Notes under the pieces: generated by a model
Database searches by the model: none
What the model was told of the DNA's origin: nothing
The model's input: the letters and a program-made list of their open reading frames with translations, nothing else
NCBI GenBank assembly: GCA_000092065.1
Contig: CP000589.1
From: Ostreococcus lucimarinus
Taxonomy: Eukaryota
Strand: one strand, 5' to 3'
Length of the DNA: 64,000 nucleotides
Shown: positions 1 to 10,160 of the stretch, in pieces
Layout: each line of letters opens with the position of its first letter
How positions within the stretch are numbered: position 1 is the first letter of the stretch
Program-made: the position numbers and the translations under genes

Positions 1-367
1 GTCCTTTACTCAGCTCGGCGACCTCGACGTACGTCTCGTGCGCCGCGCCTTCGCCTTCGCCTTCGTTCGCGTACATGCGCTTCGGCGCGAAGACGCAATC
101 CACGCCCCGCGCCCGCGCCGCGCGCTCGTCCGCGTCCCCGACCCTCGGATACGCGTCGAAGTCCTCCCCGGGCGCGAACTGGGTCTCGTTGACGTACACC
201 GACAGCACGACCGCGTCGCACGCGCACCGCGCGCGCGCGATGTCGACGAGCGCGAGGTGTCCTTCGTGCAGCGCGCCCATCGTCGGGACGAAGGCGACGC
301 GCTCGCCGCGCGCTCGCCGCGCGCGCGTCCACGCGCGCATCTCGCGCGCGTCGGTGATGATCTCCAT
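1..367 (-). CDS. panC: Pantoate-beta-alanine ligase (pantothenate synthetase), 5' part; gene continues past window start
   Basis: Reverse-strand translation from ATG at 365-367 gives [49 protein letters not shown]..., matching the PanC N-terminal HIGH-type motif PTMGxLHxGH. The frame stays open to position 1. Confidence 0.75.
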   Translation of the reverse strand, partial: MEIITDAREMRAWTRARRARGERVAFVPTMGALHEGHLALVDIARARCACDAVVLSVYVNETQFAPGEDFDAYPRVGDADERAARARGVDCVFAPKRMYANEGEGEGAAHETYVEVAELSKG

Positions 368-564
368 CGCACCGGCGCGTCGCGCGACGTCGCGTCGCGT
401 CGCGCACTGCCGATGGATCCGCACTCGACGACGGACGCGCGTCGTTCGTCTCGCGCCGCGTCGAGCGCGACGCCGCGGCCGCGCGACGCGCGCGCGACGC
501 GCGGTTCGCGCGAAGGCGCGCGCGAGGGCGCGCGCGACGAAGACGCGACGAAGACGCGGGCGAG

Positions 565-2880
565 ATGGATTTCAACGAATTGGAACGACGCGAGGGCGTG
601 CGGTTGTCGTGGAACGCGTGGCCGTGCTCGCGGATCGAAGCCACGCGCGTGGTGCTGCCGATCGGCGCGCTCGTGACGCCGGGACGCGATCTCGGGGACG
701 CCGCGCCGACGCTGCCGTACGAACCGGTGGTGTGCGAGGGGTGCCAGGCGGCGTTGAATCCGTACTGCTCGGTGGATTACTACGGCAAGACGTGGCGATG
801 CTCGCTGTGCGATGGGCTGAATAAATTGCCGAGGAATTACGAACAGATCAGCGAAAATAACCTGCCGGCGGAGCTGTTTCCGACGTACACGAGCGTGGAG
901 TACACGATGACGAATAAGACGCCGACGGCGCCGTGCTTCGTGCTGTGCGTGGATTGCGCGTGCGGGAGCGCGGAGGAGTTGCAGGACGCGAAGGACAGCG
1001 TGATGCAGTTGGTGAGCTTGTTGCCGGAGGATGCGTTCGTGGGGTTGGTGACGTTCGGGTCGACGGTGCGCGTGCACGAGTTGGCGGAGACGAACGGGGC
1101 GATGCGGCGATCGTACGTGTTTCGCGGGACGAAGGATTGCGAGCAGGAAGATTTGCGCAAGATGTTAGGGCTGGATTTCAATCGTCAGCGCGCGGGGATG
1201 AATGGAATGAATGGAATGAACGGCGCTGCGGCGATGATGCCGAATGGCGTGGACGCCAAGCCGGTGAGACGATTCGTCGCGCCCATCAGCGAGTGCGAGT
1301 TCACGCTGCAGAGCGTCCTCGACGAGGTGACACTGGACGAGGAGAAGACAGAGCGCGGGAAGCGCGCGCTACGGGCGATGGGTGCGGCTATCAGCATCGC
1401 CGCCGGACTTTTAGCCGAATCGCACTCGTCGCAAGGGGGTCGTGTGCTCACGTTCACCTCCGGGCCGTGCACCGTAGGGCCTGGCGCCGTCGTGGGGACG
1501 GATATGAGCGAGAATTTGCGCTCGCACCAAGACTTGGAAAAGAACGCGGCTAAGCATTACAAGGAGGCGTGTAAAGTTTATAACGCGATCGGAATTCGAC
1601 TAGCAACGAATTCTCATACATTGGACGTCTTCGCGTGCTCTCTGGATCAAGTCGGACTGGCGGAGATGAAAATAGCGGTGGATCAAACAGGCGGGAACAT
1701 GATTCTCGCCGAGCAGTTCCGCGCAGAGACTTTCAGGCAATCATTAGCGAAGATGTTTGCGAGAGATCCGAAAACTGGTGCCTTGGAGATGAAGTTCAAC
1801 GGAACTTTTAGCGTGTTCTGCACGCCGCAAATCATGGTGTGCGGCGCCATCGGGCCAATTAGCGCTTTGGCGGTCAAGTCGCAGCGAATTAGTGAAAACG
1901 AAATCGGTTTGGGACAAACCACATCGTGGCGCATGTGTTCGTTCACGCCCACTTCAACCATAGCGGTCTACTACGAAGTCGTCAACCAGCACAGCAATCC
2001 GATCCCCAACGGGCAACCATTCTTTCTGCAGTTTTGCACGAGATTTAAGACGAGTGACGGGCAGATTCGCCTGCGAGTCACCACCGTGGCGAGACGCTGG
2101 GTCGAAAGTAGTTTGGCGCCCGAAATCGTGGGCGGGTTCGACCAAGAGGCGTGCGCTGTACTCATGGCGAGAATTGCAACGTTTAGAACTGAGAATGAAG
2201 AGTCCTTCGACTTGTTGAGGTGGCTCGATCGCACACTCATTCGCGTTGGCGCAAAGTTTGGGGAATATCAGCGAGACGCGCCGGATAGCTTCCGCATGCC
2301 ACCGAGCATGTCCATCTATCCACAGTTCATTTTCCACTTGCGCCGCTCACAGTTCTTACAGACCGCGAATAACTCACCGGATGAAACAGCGTTTTATCGC
2401 ATCATGCTCTCTCGCGAGACGGTGACAAACTCGTTGGTGATGATTCAACCGACGCTGTTGAGTTATTCCTTCAACGGCCCACCCCAACCGGTGCTTTTGG
2501 ACGTCAGCGCAATCACGCCCGATACGATCTTGCTGTTAGACTCATACTTCTTGATAGTCGCACATAGAGGCAGCACGATCGCGGCGTGGCACAAAGCCGG
2601 ATACCAGGATCAACCAGAACACGAGGCGTTCCGCGCCCTGCTCGCGGCGCCGGTACGCGACGCGAAAGCTTTGGCGGCAGATAGATGTCCGACGCCGCGT
2701 CTCGTGGAGTGCAATCAAGGGGGGTCGCAGGCGAGGTTCTTGCTCGCCAAGTTGAACCCTTCGGCAACGCACAACACCGACCTCGGGTACGGTCAAAGTG
2801 GTGGAGAGATCATCTTCACCGATGATATAAGCATGAACGTATTCGTCGACCATTTAGCCAAGCTCGCAGTTAGTTCGTAG
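565..2880 (+). CDS. SEC23: COPII coat protein Sec23
   Basis: 771 aa ORF starting at ATG 565. It carries the Sec23 zinc-finger motif ([12 protein letters not shown]...WRCSLC), then trunk, helical and gelsolin-like regions. A low-complexity MNGMNGMNG insert lies at 1196-1224. Confidence 0.9.
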   Translation: MDFNELERREGVRLSWNAWPCSRIEATRVVLPIGALVTPGRDLGDAAPTLPYEPVVCEGCQAALNPYCSVDYYGKTWRCSLCDGLNKLPRNYEQISENNLPAELFPTYTSVEYTMTNKTPTAPCFVLCVDCACGSAEELQDAKDSVMQLVSLLPEDAFVGLVTFGSTVRVHELAETNGAMRRSYVFRGTKDCEQEDLRKMLGLDFNRQRAGMNGMNGMNGAAAMMPNGVDAKPVRRFVAPISECEFTLQSVLDEVTLDEEKTERGKRALRAMGAAISIAAGLLAESHSSQGGRVLTFTSGPCTVGPGAVVGTDMSENLRSHQDLEKNAAKHYKEACKVYNAIGIRLATNSHTLDVFACSLDQVGLAEMKIAVDQTGGNMILAEQFRAETFRQSLAKMFARDPKTGALEMKFNGTFSVFCTPQIMVCGAIGPISALAVKSQRISENEIGLGQTTSWRMCSFTPTSTIAVYYEVVNQHSNPIPNGQPFFLQFCTRFKTSDGQIRLRVTTVARRWVESSLAPEIVGGFDQEACAVLMARIATFRTENEESFDLLRWLDRTLIRVGAKFGEYQRDAPDSFRMPPSMSIYPQFIFHLRRSQFLQTANNSPDETAFYRIMLSRETVTNSLVMIQPTLLSYSFNGPPQPVLLDVSAITPDTILLLDSYFLIVAHRGSTIAAWHKAGYQDQPEHEAFRALLAAPVRDAKALAADRCPTPRLVECNQGGSQARFLLAKLNPSATHNTDLGYGQSGGEIIFTDDISMNVFVDHLAKLAVSS

Positions 2881-2929
2881 ATCATATCATCAATGAATGC
2901 GCAAGTACATTAATCACTACATTTCGCTT

Positions 2930-5587
2930 CTATTCTGGCCACGCCACCGCCGGGGCCAATTCTTCATCGAGCGTTGGCGTGGCGAAATCTGGCACGCTTA
3001 CCGATCGCTTGTGCATCGATCGCTGCGGTGTTTCGAACGCTGCAACGGTGGTCGTCTTTTCAACGTGCAACTCCGCGATACCCTTTTGTCGCCACTCCAA
3101 ACCGGGCACGATTTCTGAGGCCCTGGTCGGTTGACGACGCGGCGACAAAATGCCAGCTTCTTTCTTCACGGGTATGTTGCCCCCTTCATCAGCCTTCTTC
3201 ACGGAGAGCGCGCGACCAGTGGATCTCGCCACTGAACGAACCCTCTTCCCGACGTTGTTGATCACTCCAGGTTTTTTGCCCGGCACCACCGTCACCTGTG
3301 GTGTCGCCTGTGGTGCCGCGTGTGGTTGTTCCTGCAGAATGTCTGTTGGCGTACCGCCCAACTTTGAACGCGTTCGTGCATGCTTCTTCGTCGGAGACCG
3401 AGGAGAGACGACGAGTGGTGAGTCAGCTGTTTCGACGTGTCTCGGTACTGGCGTCGAACGAACTTGCTTGACTATCGGACTCCCGTAAGTGGTGACGTCC
3501 TCACGAGAAGGCTTCTTTTCGATCAATCCCTTCTTCTTTCTCGAAAACATTCTGCTAGTCATTCTGCTCAACGTGCTTGGCTTCCTTTCAGTCTTCTTCT
3601 CGCGCGCTTTTTCCTCGGCAACCCGCTCAGCGACATCTCCCTTGACTTCAGGGTGCAGTAACACGGAAAGAAACTCGAACTCAAACGTCAACGAGCCAGA
3701 CGGCGTGTTCGTGAGCTCGAAGACCTCCTCCACGGGCGTGCCGATGAGCGTGCAACGAGACAGGACGGCTCGTGTGTCAAGTTCGAGATGGCCGAGCGAT
3801 GTCTTCACACCGAATGCGTCGCGATCCCATACTTCGAGCAGGATATTATTCGAGTTTTCGAGCTCTTGCTCGCCGATGATGAACTCAAACTCTTCTTCCC
3901 AGACCGGTTGACGCGTGTTAAACTTGGTACTGCTCTTCCGCTTTTGTCGGTTCATGCGCATCTTCACGAAGGGGTCGGGTGCCTCGCCAACGCCGGCTAA
4001 ATTCTCGCCGCGCAACAGTCGCACGTACAACACACCAGAAAACTGTTCCATCATCATTTTGTTGTCAGTTTCCGCAGAAACCATTGTAGTCGCGGGCACG
4101 GTCTTCGGTGGATGCGCCGCGGCTTCCCCGTGAGGTTGTTCCCTTTTCTTGAATGGATGATACGAAACTGAGATGTTAATTGTCGGGCCGTCAGGAGCGT
4201 TGAACCCGTGCGGCCCGGATGCCCTGGGCGATGACCCACCACCGGTCGGAATAGAGAGCGCGCGTTTCGCCAAGCCAGCGCCGTACAACAACGGTGCCAC
4301 TGCGAGACTGAGCGCCGTCATATCCTTAGCCCTTACCAACGGTACTTGCAGTGCAACTGTCTGTAATGGCGTGTCGTGGCACAAAGAAACATCACACATG
4401 GCCGAACCGATGCTCGGTTTATTCGCTCGCAGCTGCTCGCCGTCGTACTTAGAACTCATGCCTCGTGTGTTACTCCGATTCAACAGCGCGCTCGGCGCTC
4501 GAATAGTGGATCCCACCGTCACGCGAGTATCGATGACGTTGAGACGAAGTTTTGCACTGTGAATATCCGTAACGGTAAACTCGAACGTCTCCTCCCAAAT
4601 CGGGTCTGAGCCTCGCTTAATCGTCGTAGACCGCTTTACGTCCGCGCGTTGGGTCAAGCTAACCTCGACCGCCGCTTTCGGCGGCATCCCCAACCTCCCC
4701 GGCAACTGGCTCGCGCTATGGACGGTGACGCGGAGCAAGCCACTGTTGTGCGCAACTTCATCAGGCTGCCAATCCGACACCGCGCACCACAGACGCGCGG
4801 GCCAGACCATCAAATCTACGAGCTGGTTCTTGATCAAATCGCGCAACATCGAAGCGACCAACGGAACGGCTGTGATATCGCCACCTACGAGCTTTAGCGA
4901 AAAATCGATCGCCGGCTTGTCCACGAATGCAAGTTTCAACGCGCTAAACGACGGCCACCAAGGCACGAGTGGACCAAAAACCAATCGAAACGTCCCGTAC
5001 GCCTCCACGTTGTTCATCTCTATCGGCAACTTGATGCCCAGCGTCGACACGTCCAACACTATGCTCGCATCCTTCGCCGCCCACTTGAACTCGATATCGA
5101 GAATCACCTCACCCTCGCTCTCCGTGCTCACCTTGACGCTCGCCAATATCGGCGGCTCCACTCCACACGTAAACTTTTTAAAATTCATCGACATGCCCGT
5201 CGATTTCGCCAAATCGTTCAACGTCGGTTCCAGCGCCTCCACGACGGACACCGCGATCGCCTTATCCAGCGACGGCCACATCTGTCTCGCCGCCTTATTC
5301 AACCACGGCACCCTGTCGACGTCCGCGTACTTGATCCACTTCGGCAGGTGTCCGATCAATCGTCGCAGCGTGCGTCCGTTCGCGACGACGCTCCCGCTCG
5401 CCGTCTCGTCGCTCAACTGTCGCACGACGCTCGCGAGCTCGCTCCGTTCGCGCCGGCTCGAGCGCGCGCCGATCGCGACGCCGAGCGCCAACGCGCCGGC
5501 GAGCGCCGCGCACGCGAGGCACAGCGCGACGAGCGCGACGAGCGCGACGAGCGGCGTCGGCGTCGGCGACATCGCGAATCGCACCAA
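2930..5587 (-). CDS. Extended-synaptotagmin / tricalbin-like lipid-transfer protein (N-terminal TM, SMP domain, multiple C2 domains)
   Basis: 885 aa ORF with a hydrophobic N-terminus (LVALVALVALCLACAAL). The SMP-domain signature WLNKAARQMWPSLDKAI and at least two C2-like segments (e.g. LLRVTVHSASQLP...DPIWEETFEF) are present. Confidence 0.7.
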   Translation of the reverse strand: MVRFAMSPTPTPLVALVALVALCLACAALAGALALGVAIGARSSRRERSELASVVRQLSDETASGSVVANGRTLRRLIGHLPKWIKYADVDRVPWLNKAARQMWPSLDKAIAVSVVEALEPTLNDLAKSTGMSMNFKKFTCGVEPPILASVKVSTESEGEVILDIEFKWAAKDASIVLDVSTLGIKLPIEMNNVEAYGTFRLVFGPLVPWWPSFSALKLAFVDKPAIDFSLKLVGGDITAVPLVASMLRDLIKNQLVDLMVWPARLWCAVSDWQPDEVAHNSGLLRVTVHSASQLPGRLGMPPKAAVEVSLTQRADVKRSTTIKRGSDPIWEETFEFTVTDIHSAKLRLNVIDTRVTVGSTIRAPSALLNRSNTRGMSSKYDGEQLRANKPSIGSAMCDVSLCHDTPLQTVALQVPLVRAKDMTALSLAVAPLLYGAGLAKRALSIPTGGGSSPRASGPHGFNAPDGPTINISVSYHPFKKREQPHGEAAAHPPKTVPATTMVSAETDNKMMMEQFSGVLYVRLLRGENLAGVGEAPDPFVKMRMNRQKRKSSTKFNTRQPVWEEEFEFIIGEQELENSNNILLEVWDRDAFGVKTSLGHLELDTRAVLSRCTLIGTPVEEVFELTNTPSGSLTFEFEFLSVLLHPEVKGDVAERVAEEKAREKKTERKPSTLSRMTSRMFSRKKKGLIEKKPSREDVTTYGSPIVKQVRSTPVPRHVETADSPLVVSPRSPTKKHARTRSKLGGTPTDILQEQPHAAPQATPQVTVVPGKKPGVINNVGKRVRSVARSTGRALSVKKADEGGNIPVKKEAGILSPRRQPTRASEIVPGLEWRQKGIAELHVEKTTTVAAFETPQRSMHKRSVSVPDFATPTLDEELAPAVAWPE

Positions 5588-5737
5588 CCGAATCTATCCT
5601 CCGCGCGGCGTTCGTCCACCGTCCTCGCGACGCGCGCGCGCGCGCGCGGCGAGCGCGCGCCGACGCGCGTCGCGCGCGTCGCCCGCGTCGCGGTCGCGTC
5701 GCGGTGTGCGACGCGCGACGCGTCACTCCGCGCCTCG

Positions 5738-6349
5738 ATGCCGACGACGCCGACGACGCAAACATCGCGCGTCGCGCCGCGCGCGCGCGCGCCGCGAACC
5801 GCGAGCGCGCGCGCGAACGCGCGAACGACGCGCGCGCGCGCGGGGAAGCTCGTCGGCGAGAGCTGGGTCGAACTGAGCGACGCGTCGTACGCCATCGAAA
5901 ACGGACGCGAACTGTACGCCGCGGGTGACGTCGCGTCGGCGCTCAAAGAGTTCGAACGCGCGCTGACGCTGCCGGGAAGCGGCACGAAACGCGATCGCGC
6001 GAAACCGGCGGAGCTGTCGAACGGCGAGCGACAGGCGGCGCTGTATAACATCGCGAGCGCGCGGTGCGCGTTGGACGACCGGAGCGGCGCGCTCGAGGCG
6101 CTGGACGGATGTTTCAGAGCGGGGTACGCGAACCCGCGCGCGTACGGCGCGGCGAGAGGGATGCGAGATTTGGACGCGATGTGGGCGGACGAGGACTTGA
6201 CGCTCGCGACGCGCACGGATGAGTTTCGGGCGATGGTGAAAAAGTACAAGGTGACGCCGAACGCGATGGCGTTGCAGTTCGATTTCAACAACTCCATCAT
6301 CGGCGGCGTCGTGGGCGCGGTGAGCGACAAGATGACGCCGAAAAAGTAA
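5738..6349 (+). CDS. Small TPR-like helical-repeat protein, hypothetical
   Basis: The listed ORF 5348..6349 overlaps the 5' end of the opposite-strand gene. The first ATG clear of that overlap is 5738 (MPTTPTTQTSRVAPRARAP...), followed by TPR-like helices. GC3 is high. Confidence 0.4.
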   Translation: MPTTPTTQTSRVAPRARAPRTASARANARTTRARAGKLVGESWVELSDASYAIENGRELYAAGDVASALKEFERALTLPGSGTKRDRAKPAELSNGERQAALYNIASARCALDDRSGALEALDGCFRAGYANPRAYGAARGMRDLDAMWADEDLTLATRTDEFRAMVKKYKVTPNAMALQFDFNNSIIGGVVGAVSDKMTPKK

Positions 6350-6477
6350 CCCACGAGAAAGTAACCCGCGAGCGCGACGCGATTCAGCGCTCGCGTAGAC
6401 GCGCGTAGACGCTCGTGACGGACGCTAAAACTAAAACTAAAAGCGTCCTCTCTCTCTCTCGCGCGCCGCACTTACCG

Positions 6478-6927
6478 ATGCTCCCTCGCGCCGTCCTCCG
6501 CCGCGCGCCGCCGCTCGCGCGCGCGTCCGCGCACGCCTACGCCTCCACCTCGCGCGTCGCCGACGCCATCGTGCTCCGCGACATGGAATTCTTCGCCAAA
6601 CACGGCGCGCTCGCGCCCGAGCGCGAGCTCGGTCAAAAGTTCACCGTCAACGTCGAGCTCGCGCTGTGCCTGCGCCGCGCCGGCGCGTCGGACGCCTTAG
6701 AAGACACCGTAGATTACGCCCGCGCCTGGGCGCTCGTGCGCGACGTCGTGCAGCGCGGACCGACGCGCGTGACGATCGAAGCCGTCGCCGAGGACGTGAG
6801 TCGAACGTTACTAGAAACCTTCGCGGACGTCCGCGCGTGCGTCGTGAGCGTCGACAAGCGCGAGGTGGCGATCGAGGGGCATCTCGGGTCGCTCGGCGTG
6901 CGCGTCGCCCGCGCGCGCGACGCGTGA
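6478..6927 (+). CDS. folB: Dihydroneopterin aldolase (folate biosynthesis)
   Basis: The ORF contains ...IVLRDMEFFAKHGALAPERELGQKFTVNVELAL...DTVDYARAWALVRDVV..., matching the FolB/DHNA family pattern (GQxFxVD, DTVDY). Start chosen at MLPRAVLRR (6478); the ORF listed from 6415 begins in a CT-rich leader. Confidence 0.75.
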   Translation: MLPRAVLRRAPPLARASAHAYASTSRVADAIVLRDMEFFAKHGALAPERELGQKFTVNVELALCLRRAGASDALEDTVDYARAWALVRDVVQRGPTRVTIEAVAEDVSRTLLETFADVRACVVSVDKREVAIEGHLGSLGVRVARARDA

Positions 6928-7052
6928 CGGGGCGAAAACGTTGTAACGCGATGCGTTGAGCGCTCGACGAGAGCACGAATCGCCGCACTCGCGCGCGCGC
7001 GCGACGCGGATCGCGCGCGCGACGCCGCGCGAAGCGACGAAACGCGCGCGCG

Positions 7053-8036
7053 ATGGCGAGCGCGCGCGGCGCGAGCGGCATGCCGCGCGAGGTGGACTGG
7101 GAGCGGTTGGATAAGCGGAAGTTTTTCATCACCGGTGTCGGCGTCTTCAGCGGTGTCACCATGGCGCTGTACCCGCTGAGCGTGATCAAGACGCGGCAGA
7201 TGGTTTCTGCGCACGCCACGCAGGCGCGAGTGACGGACATCGCGCGAGAGGTGATGCGAGAGCGAGGGGTTCGTGGGTTTTATAGAGGATTCGGCACCAT
7301 CGTCGTCGGGGCGATTCCCATACGGGTGGTGTATCTGAGCACGCTGGAGGCGGTCAAGGCGTACACGAACGCGGCGTTCGACGCGTGGGATGTGCCGGTG
7401 ATGTATAGGGGAGCGGCGGACGCCGCGGGGGGGGCGACGGCGAGTTTGGTTTCGCAGGCGTTGGCGGTACCCGTGGACGTTATTTCGACGCGGCAAATGG
7501 TGCAGGGGATGCGGAGCGGCGGCGCGGTCGGCGCCGAGGACGCGGTGTTCGTGGGATATAGGAACGGGTTCGACGCCGTGCGGACGATCGTGGCGAAGGA
7601 AGGCGTGCGAGGGCTGTATCGAGGATTCGGCGTGAGCGTGGCGACGCTCGTGCCGGGGAGCGCGCTGTGGTGGGGATTTTACGGAACGTACAAGCGCGCG
7701 CTGTGGCAAGTCGCCCCAGAGGATTGGCGCGATGAGGCGACGACGAGCGATGCGAAGGTGATCGCGGTGCAAGCCGCAAGCGGGGTGTGCGCGGGGATGT
7801 CGAGCGGGTTTCTCACCACGCCTCTGGACGTCGTCAAGACGCGCCTCCAAGTTCTTAGCGGGCAGCCGGGAGGGGAGAAGAATAACTTGTCGAGCACGGT
7901 AAGCACTATTTATCGCGAGCACGGCGCGCTCGGGTTCTTTCGAGGCGTCCGGCCTCGCATGGTGAGTGTATCCATATGGGGCACGGTGATGGTGAACGTT
8001 TACGAGATAACGAAGAGAATGGCCATCAAAGAATAA
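7053..8036 (+). CDS. Mitochondrial carrier family (SLC25) protein
   Basis: 327 aa with three Mito_carr repeats, each showing a P-x-D/E-x-x-K/R-like signature (YPLSVIKTRQM; VPVDVISTRQM; TPLDVVKTRLQ) and GFYRGF motifs. Confidence 0.85.
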   Translation: MASARGASGMPREVDWERLDKRKFFITGVGVFSGVTMALYPLSVIKTRQMVSAHATQARVTDIAREVMRERGVRGFYRGFGTIVVGAIPIRVVYLSTLEAVKAYTNAAFDAWDVPVMYRGAADAAGGATASLVSQALAVPVDVISTRQMVQGMRSGGAVGAEDAVFVGYRNGFDAVRTIVAKEGVRGLYRGFGVSVATLVPGSALWWGFYGTYKRALWQVAPEDWRDEATTSDAKVIAVQAASGVCAGMSSGFLTTPLDVVKTRLQVLSGQPGGEKNNLSSTVSTIYREHGALGFFRGVRPRMVSVSIWGTVMVNVYEITKRMAIKE

Positions 8037-8159
8037 AGCAACGTTTCGGCAAACGAAAACAAATCGCTAGCATTATTATCATCCATCATTTTTCGCCGTC
8101 TTTAGTCTCGACGGCTCCTTGTAGCGAGCGTATGCTCCGTGTAGAAAACTAAAATCGGA

Positions 8160-8705
8160 TCAAGTCGTGGCGTGCACGTCGTGCAGCTGCGCTATGTATG
8201 CTTTCGCCTCCGCTACGCGATTACTCATCGCCTCAACGCGATCGGCACGTTCAAGACTGTCCAAAACGATTTTCCACGCGGTGCGCTCTATATCAGCCTC
8301 CATTTCGTCGAAGATCTCTTCCGCTCGCTCGTGCAATTCTCTCATCGTTTGTCTCGCCGCGTGGAGGCTCGACATCGCGTTATCAATCGCTTGCGCCGCC
8401 TCGACGGCGCTCTCGCGACACTCATCATCATCATCGCCCTCAAACCGCGATGTGAACTGAGAGAGTGCCTTCTCGAGTTCGGCGAGCCGCGAATCATCCG
8501 GCGTCGTGGACCCCTCGAGCACTCGCGTCGCCGGTTCATCTTCCCTCGCGCGTGCGTCCATGGCGTCGTCCATGGCCTCGTCGTCCACTGCGCTCACCGT
8601 TCGATCGCTTCGCGCGCTCCCTTCGACGTGATCGTCGTTCTCGCGCGGGTGCTTCGGTCGAGGAGTCGTGTCGTTCTCACGCGGGCGCTTCGATCGAGGA
8701 GGCAT
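8160..8705 (-). CDS. Hypothetical acidic coiled-coil protein
   Basis: 181 aa ORF with acidic and coiled-coil character. A ~33-bp direct DNA repeat at 8640-8700 encodes PRENDTTPRPKHPRENDDH. No family recognised. Confidence 0.3.
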   Translation of the reverse strand: MPPRSKRPRENDTTPRPKHPRENDDHVEGSARSDRTVSAVDDEAMDDAMDARAREDEPATRVLEGSTTPDDSRLAELEKALSQFTSRFEGDDDDECRESAVEAAQAIDNAMSSLHAARQTMRELHERAEEIFDEMEADIERTAWKIVLDSLERADRVEAMSNRVAEAKAYIAQLHDVHATT

Positions 8706-8772
8706 CGCGCGTCGAAGTGTGCTTGCTTATTCTTTACATTGGTGGTTGACATCGTCGTCTGTGATCGTGGAG

Positions 8773-9867
8773 CTATTCAGAGCGGCGCCACTCCGCGTTG
8801 TCGATCGCACGGCTTCGATCGGTATCGAAAATCCTGAATAGTAAATCAAATACTTCCGTCTCGCTCGGCGCTCCGACGTTCCCGGCTTCGGTGCGCATGA
8901 CGTCGCGAAGCGCCTCGCGAGTCACCGAAGATCCGTCGACGCCGGAAAAGGCGTTGTCGAGCGAATCGAGATTCCCGAGAATATACTGCATCGACGCTAG
9001 CTCGCCCGCGCGAGCGCTCGTAAGCTCACCAGCCTTGCGGAATCTGCGCATGAACGCGTACCAAACCGCAGTGGAACCGATGAGGATACCGCCAGCGACG
9101 CTCCAGAATACTCCAATCGGCGCGGTTTCCAAGCCGTGCGGCATATTCATGCCTCCGAGACCCGCCGGCACCGCGGCTACGGCGGCGGAGAGGGCGAAGA
9201 CAGTTGCCCTAAAGTTCATCTGTACGGTACGATTCCTATCACCGTCGAGCTGAAGTTCCCAGAGTTCGCGCGCGCTGTCTAGATCCGCACTAAGCTCTCG
9301 CACTAAGCCTCCGACGGCTGCCAAGCGTCTGGCGTGGCTCGCCAGCACGTCCGTCACCGCGTCGTTTCGCTCCTCCGCCGCCTTTTCGTCGAACACAACA
9401 TCCATGGGTGTCGGTACCAAGTTTGTCGTCGTCATCGCCGCGTTTAACGCTTCCGAGGCTTCGCGAGCGTCTTGCTCAAACTCCTTAATCGCGCGACGAA
9501 TCGGCGGCAACTTTTGCCACTGCGCCGCGTTGTAATTCAAGCTCCCTCCCGTCACGATCCCGCTCTTCCCATCGCCTCGCAAATCGCTCGAGATCTCATC
9601 CACGCAGTGCCTCGCCAACCGCCGCAACCTAAATATTTTTTCTTCAAAATATCGCGAGCTCGCCTCGAGCGCGCACTCGAGCGCCGCCAGCGGAAAATCC
9701 TTCACCGTCCGCGCCTCCGCCCCCGCGCTTCCCTCCGCCGCGTCTCGTTCGCCGACCCACGTCCGCAGCGTATCCACGATGTTCTTCGCCACGCGCGTCG
9801 CCGGTTCGAACACGTACGCGCACTTCGGTCCGACGAGCGTCGTCGTCGGCCCCATTCGCACAACCAT
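8773..9867 (-). CDS. CorA/Mrs2-family magnesium transporter with C-terminal EF-hand
   Basis: GMN motif (LGGMNMPHG) followed by two C-terminal TM helices and a terminal canonical EF-hand loop DTDRSRAIDNAE. The listed ORF opens on GTG at 9888; the first ATG is at 9865-9867 (MVVRMGPTT). The frame stays open upstream with no ATG, so the 5' end is uncertain. Confidence 0.75.
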   Translation of the reverse strand: MVVRMGPTTTLVGPKCAYVFEPATRVAKNIVDTLRTWVGERDAAEGSAGAEARTVKDFPLAALECALEASSRYFEEKIFRLRRLARHCVDEISSDLRGDGKSGIVTGGSLNYNAAQWQKLPPIRRAIKEFEQDAREASEALNAAMTTTNLVPTPMDVVFDEKAAEERNDAVTDVLASHARRLAAVGGLVRELSADLDSARELWELQLDGDRNRTVQMNFRATVFALSAAVAAVPAGLGGMNMPHGLETAPIGVFWSVAGGILIGSTAVWYAFMRRFRKAGELTSARAGELASMQYILGNLDSLDNAFSGVDGSSVTREALRDVMRTEAGNVGAPSETEVFDLLFRIFDTDRSRAIDNAEWRRSE

Positions 9868-10160
9868 CGCCCCGTTCGCCCTTCGCACGAGCGCGCTCGG
9901 CGCGCTCGCGAACGACGCTCGGCTCGACGCGTGTTCCAGCAGCGCCCAATCCCGCGGTCGCAGCGTCGCCAGCAGTCCCGCGGCGCTCGGTCGCGCGTCC
10001 GGTCGCGCGCGGAGCGTCAGCGTCGCGACGTCCTCGTCGCGCGCGACGAGCGCGTCGTTCGCGCGCGCCGCGTCGCGCGTCGCGCGCGCGCGCGGTCGCG
10101 CGCGCGTCGCGCGACGGCGCGGACGCGGGATCCGAATCGATTCGCGTTCGTTACGACGTC

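Noticed and set aside
10-1077. Long minus-strand ORFs (10..1077, 6..644) and plus ORFs 38..676 / 75..824 overlapping panC and Sec23
   Set aside because: They are Arg/Ala-rich low-complexity translations of GC-rich DNA in the wrong frame. The real genes here are PanC (different minus frame) and Sec23.
5295-6471. Minus-strand ORFs 5295..5765 and 5413..6471 and plus ORF 4725..5876
   Set aside because: They are antisense or out-of-frame to the E-Syt-like and TPR-like genes and show poly-Arg/Ala composition typical of spurious high-GC ORFs.
6647-7922. ORFs 6647..7240(-), 6714..7922(-) opposite FolB and the mitochondrial carrier
   Set aside because: The conserved FolB and Mito_carr motifs identify the plus strand as coding. 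The minus ORFs are Arg/Pro/His-rich nonsense.
8160-8460. Searched intergenic and UTR segments for tRNA genes (T-arm GTTCGAATCC-like motifs)
   Set aside because: No segment with a convincing T-loop/anticodon-arm arrangement was found. The windows of non-coding DNA are all under 450 bp and AT-rich 3' UTR-like or GC-rich promoter-like.
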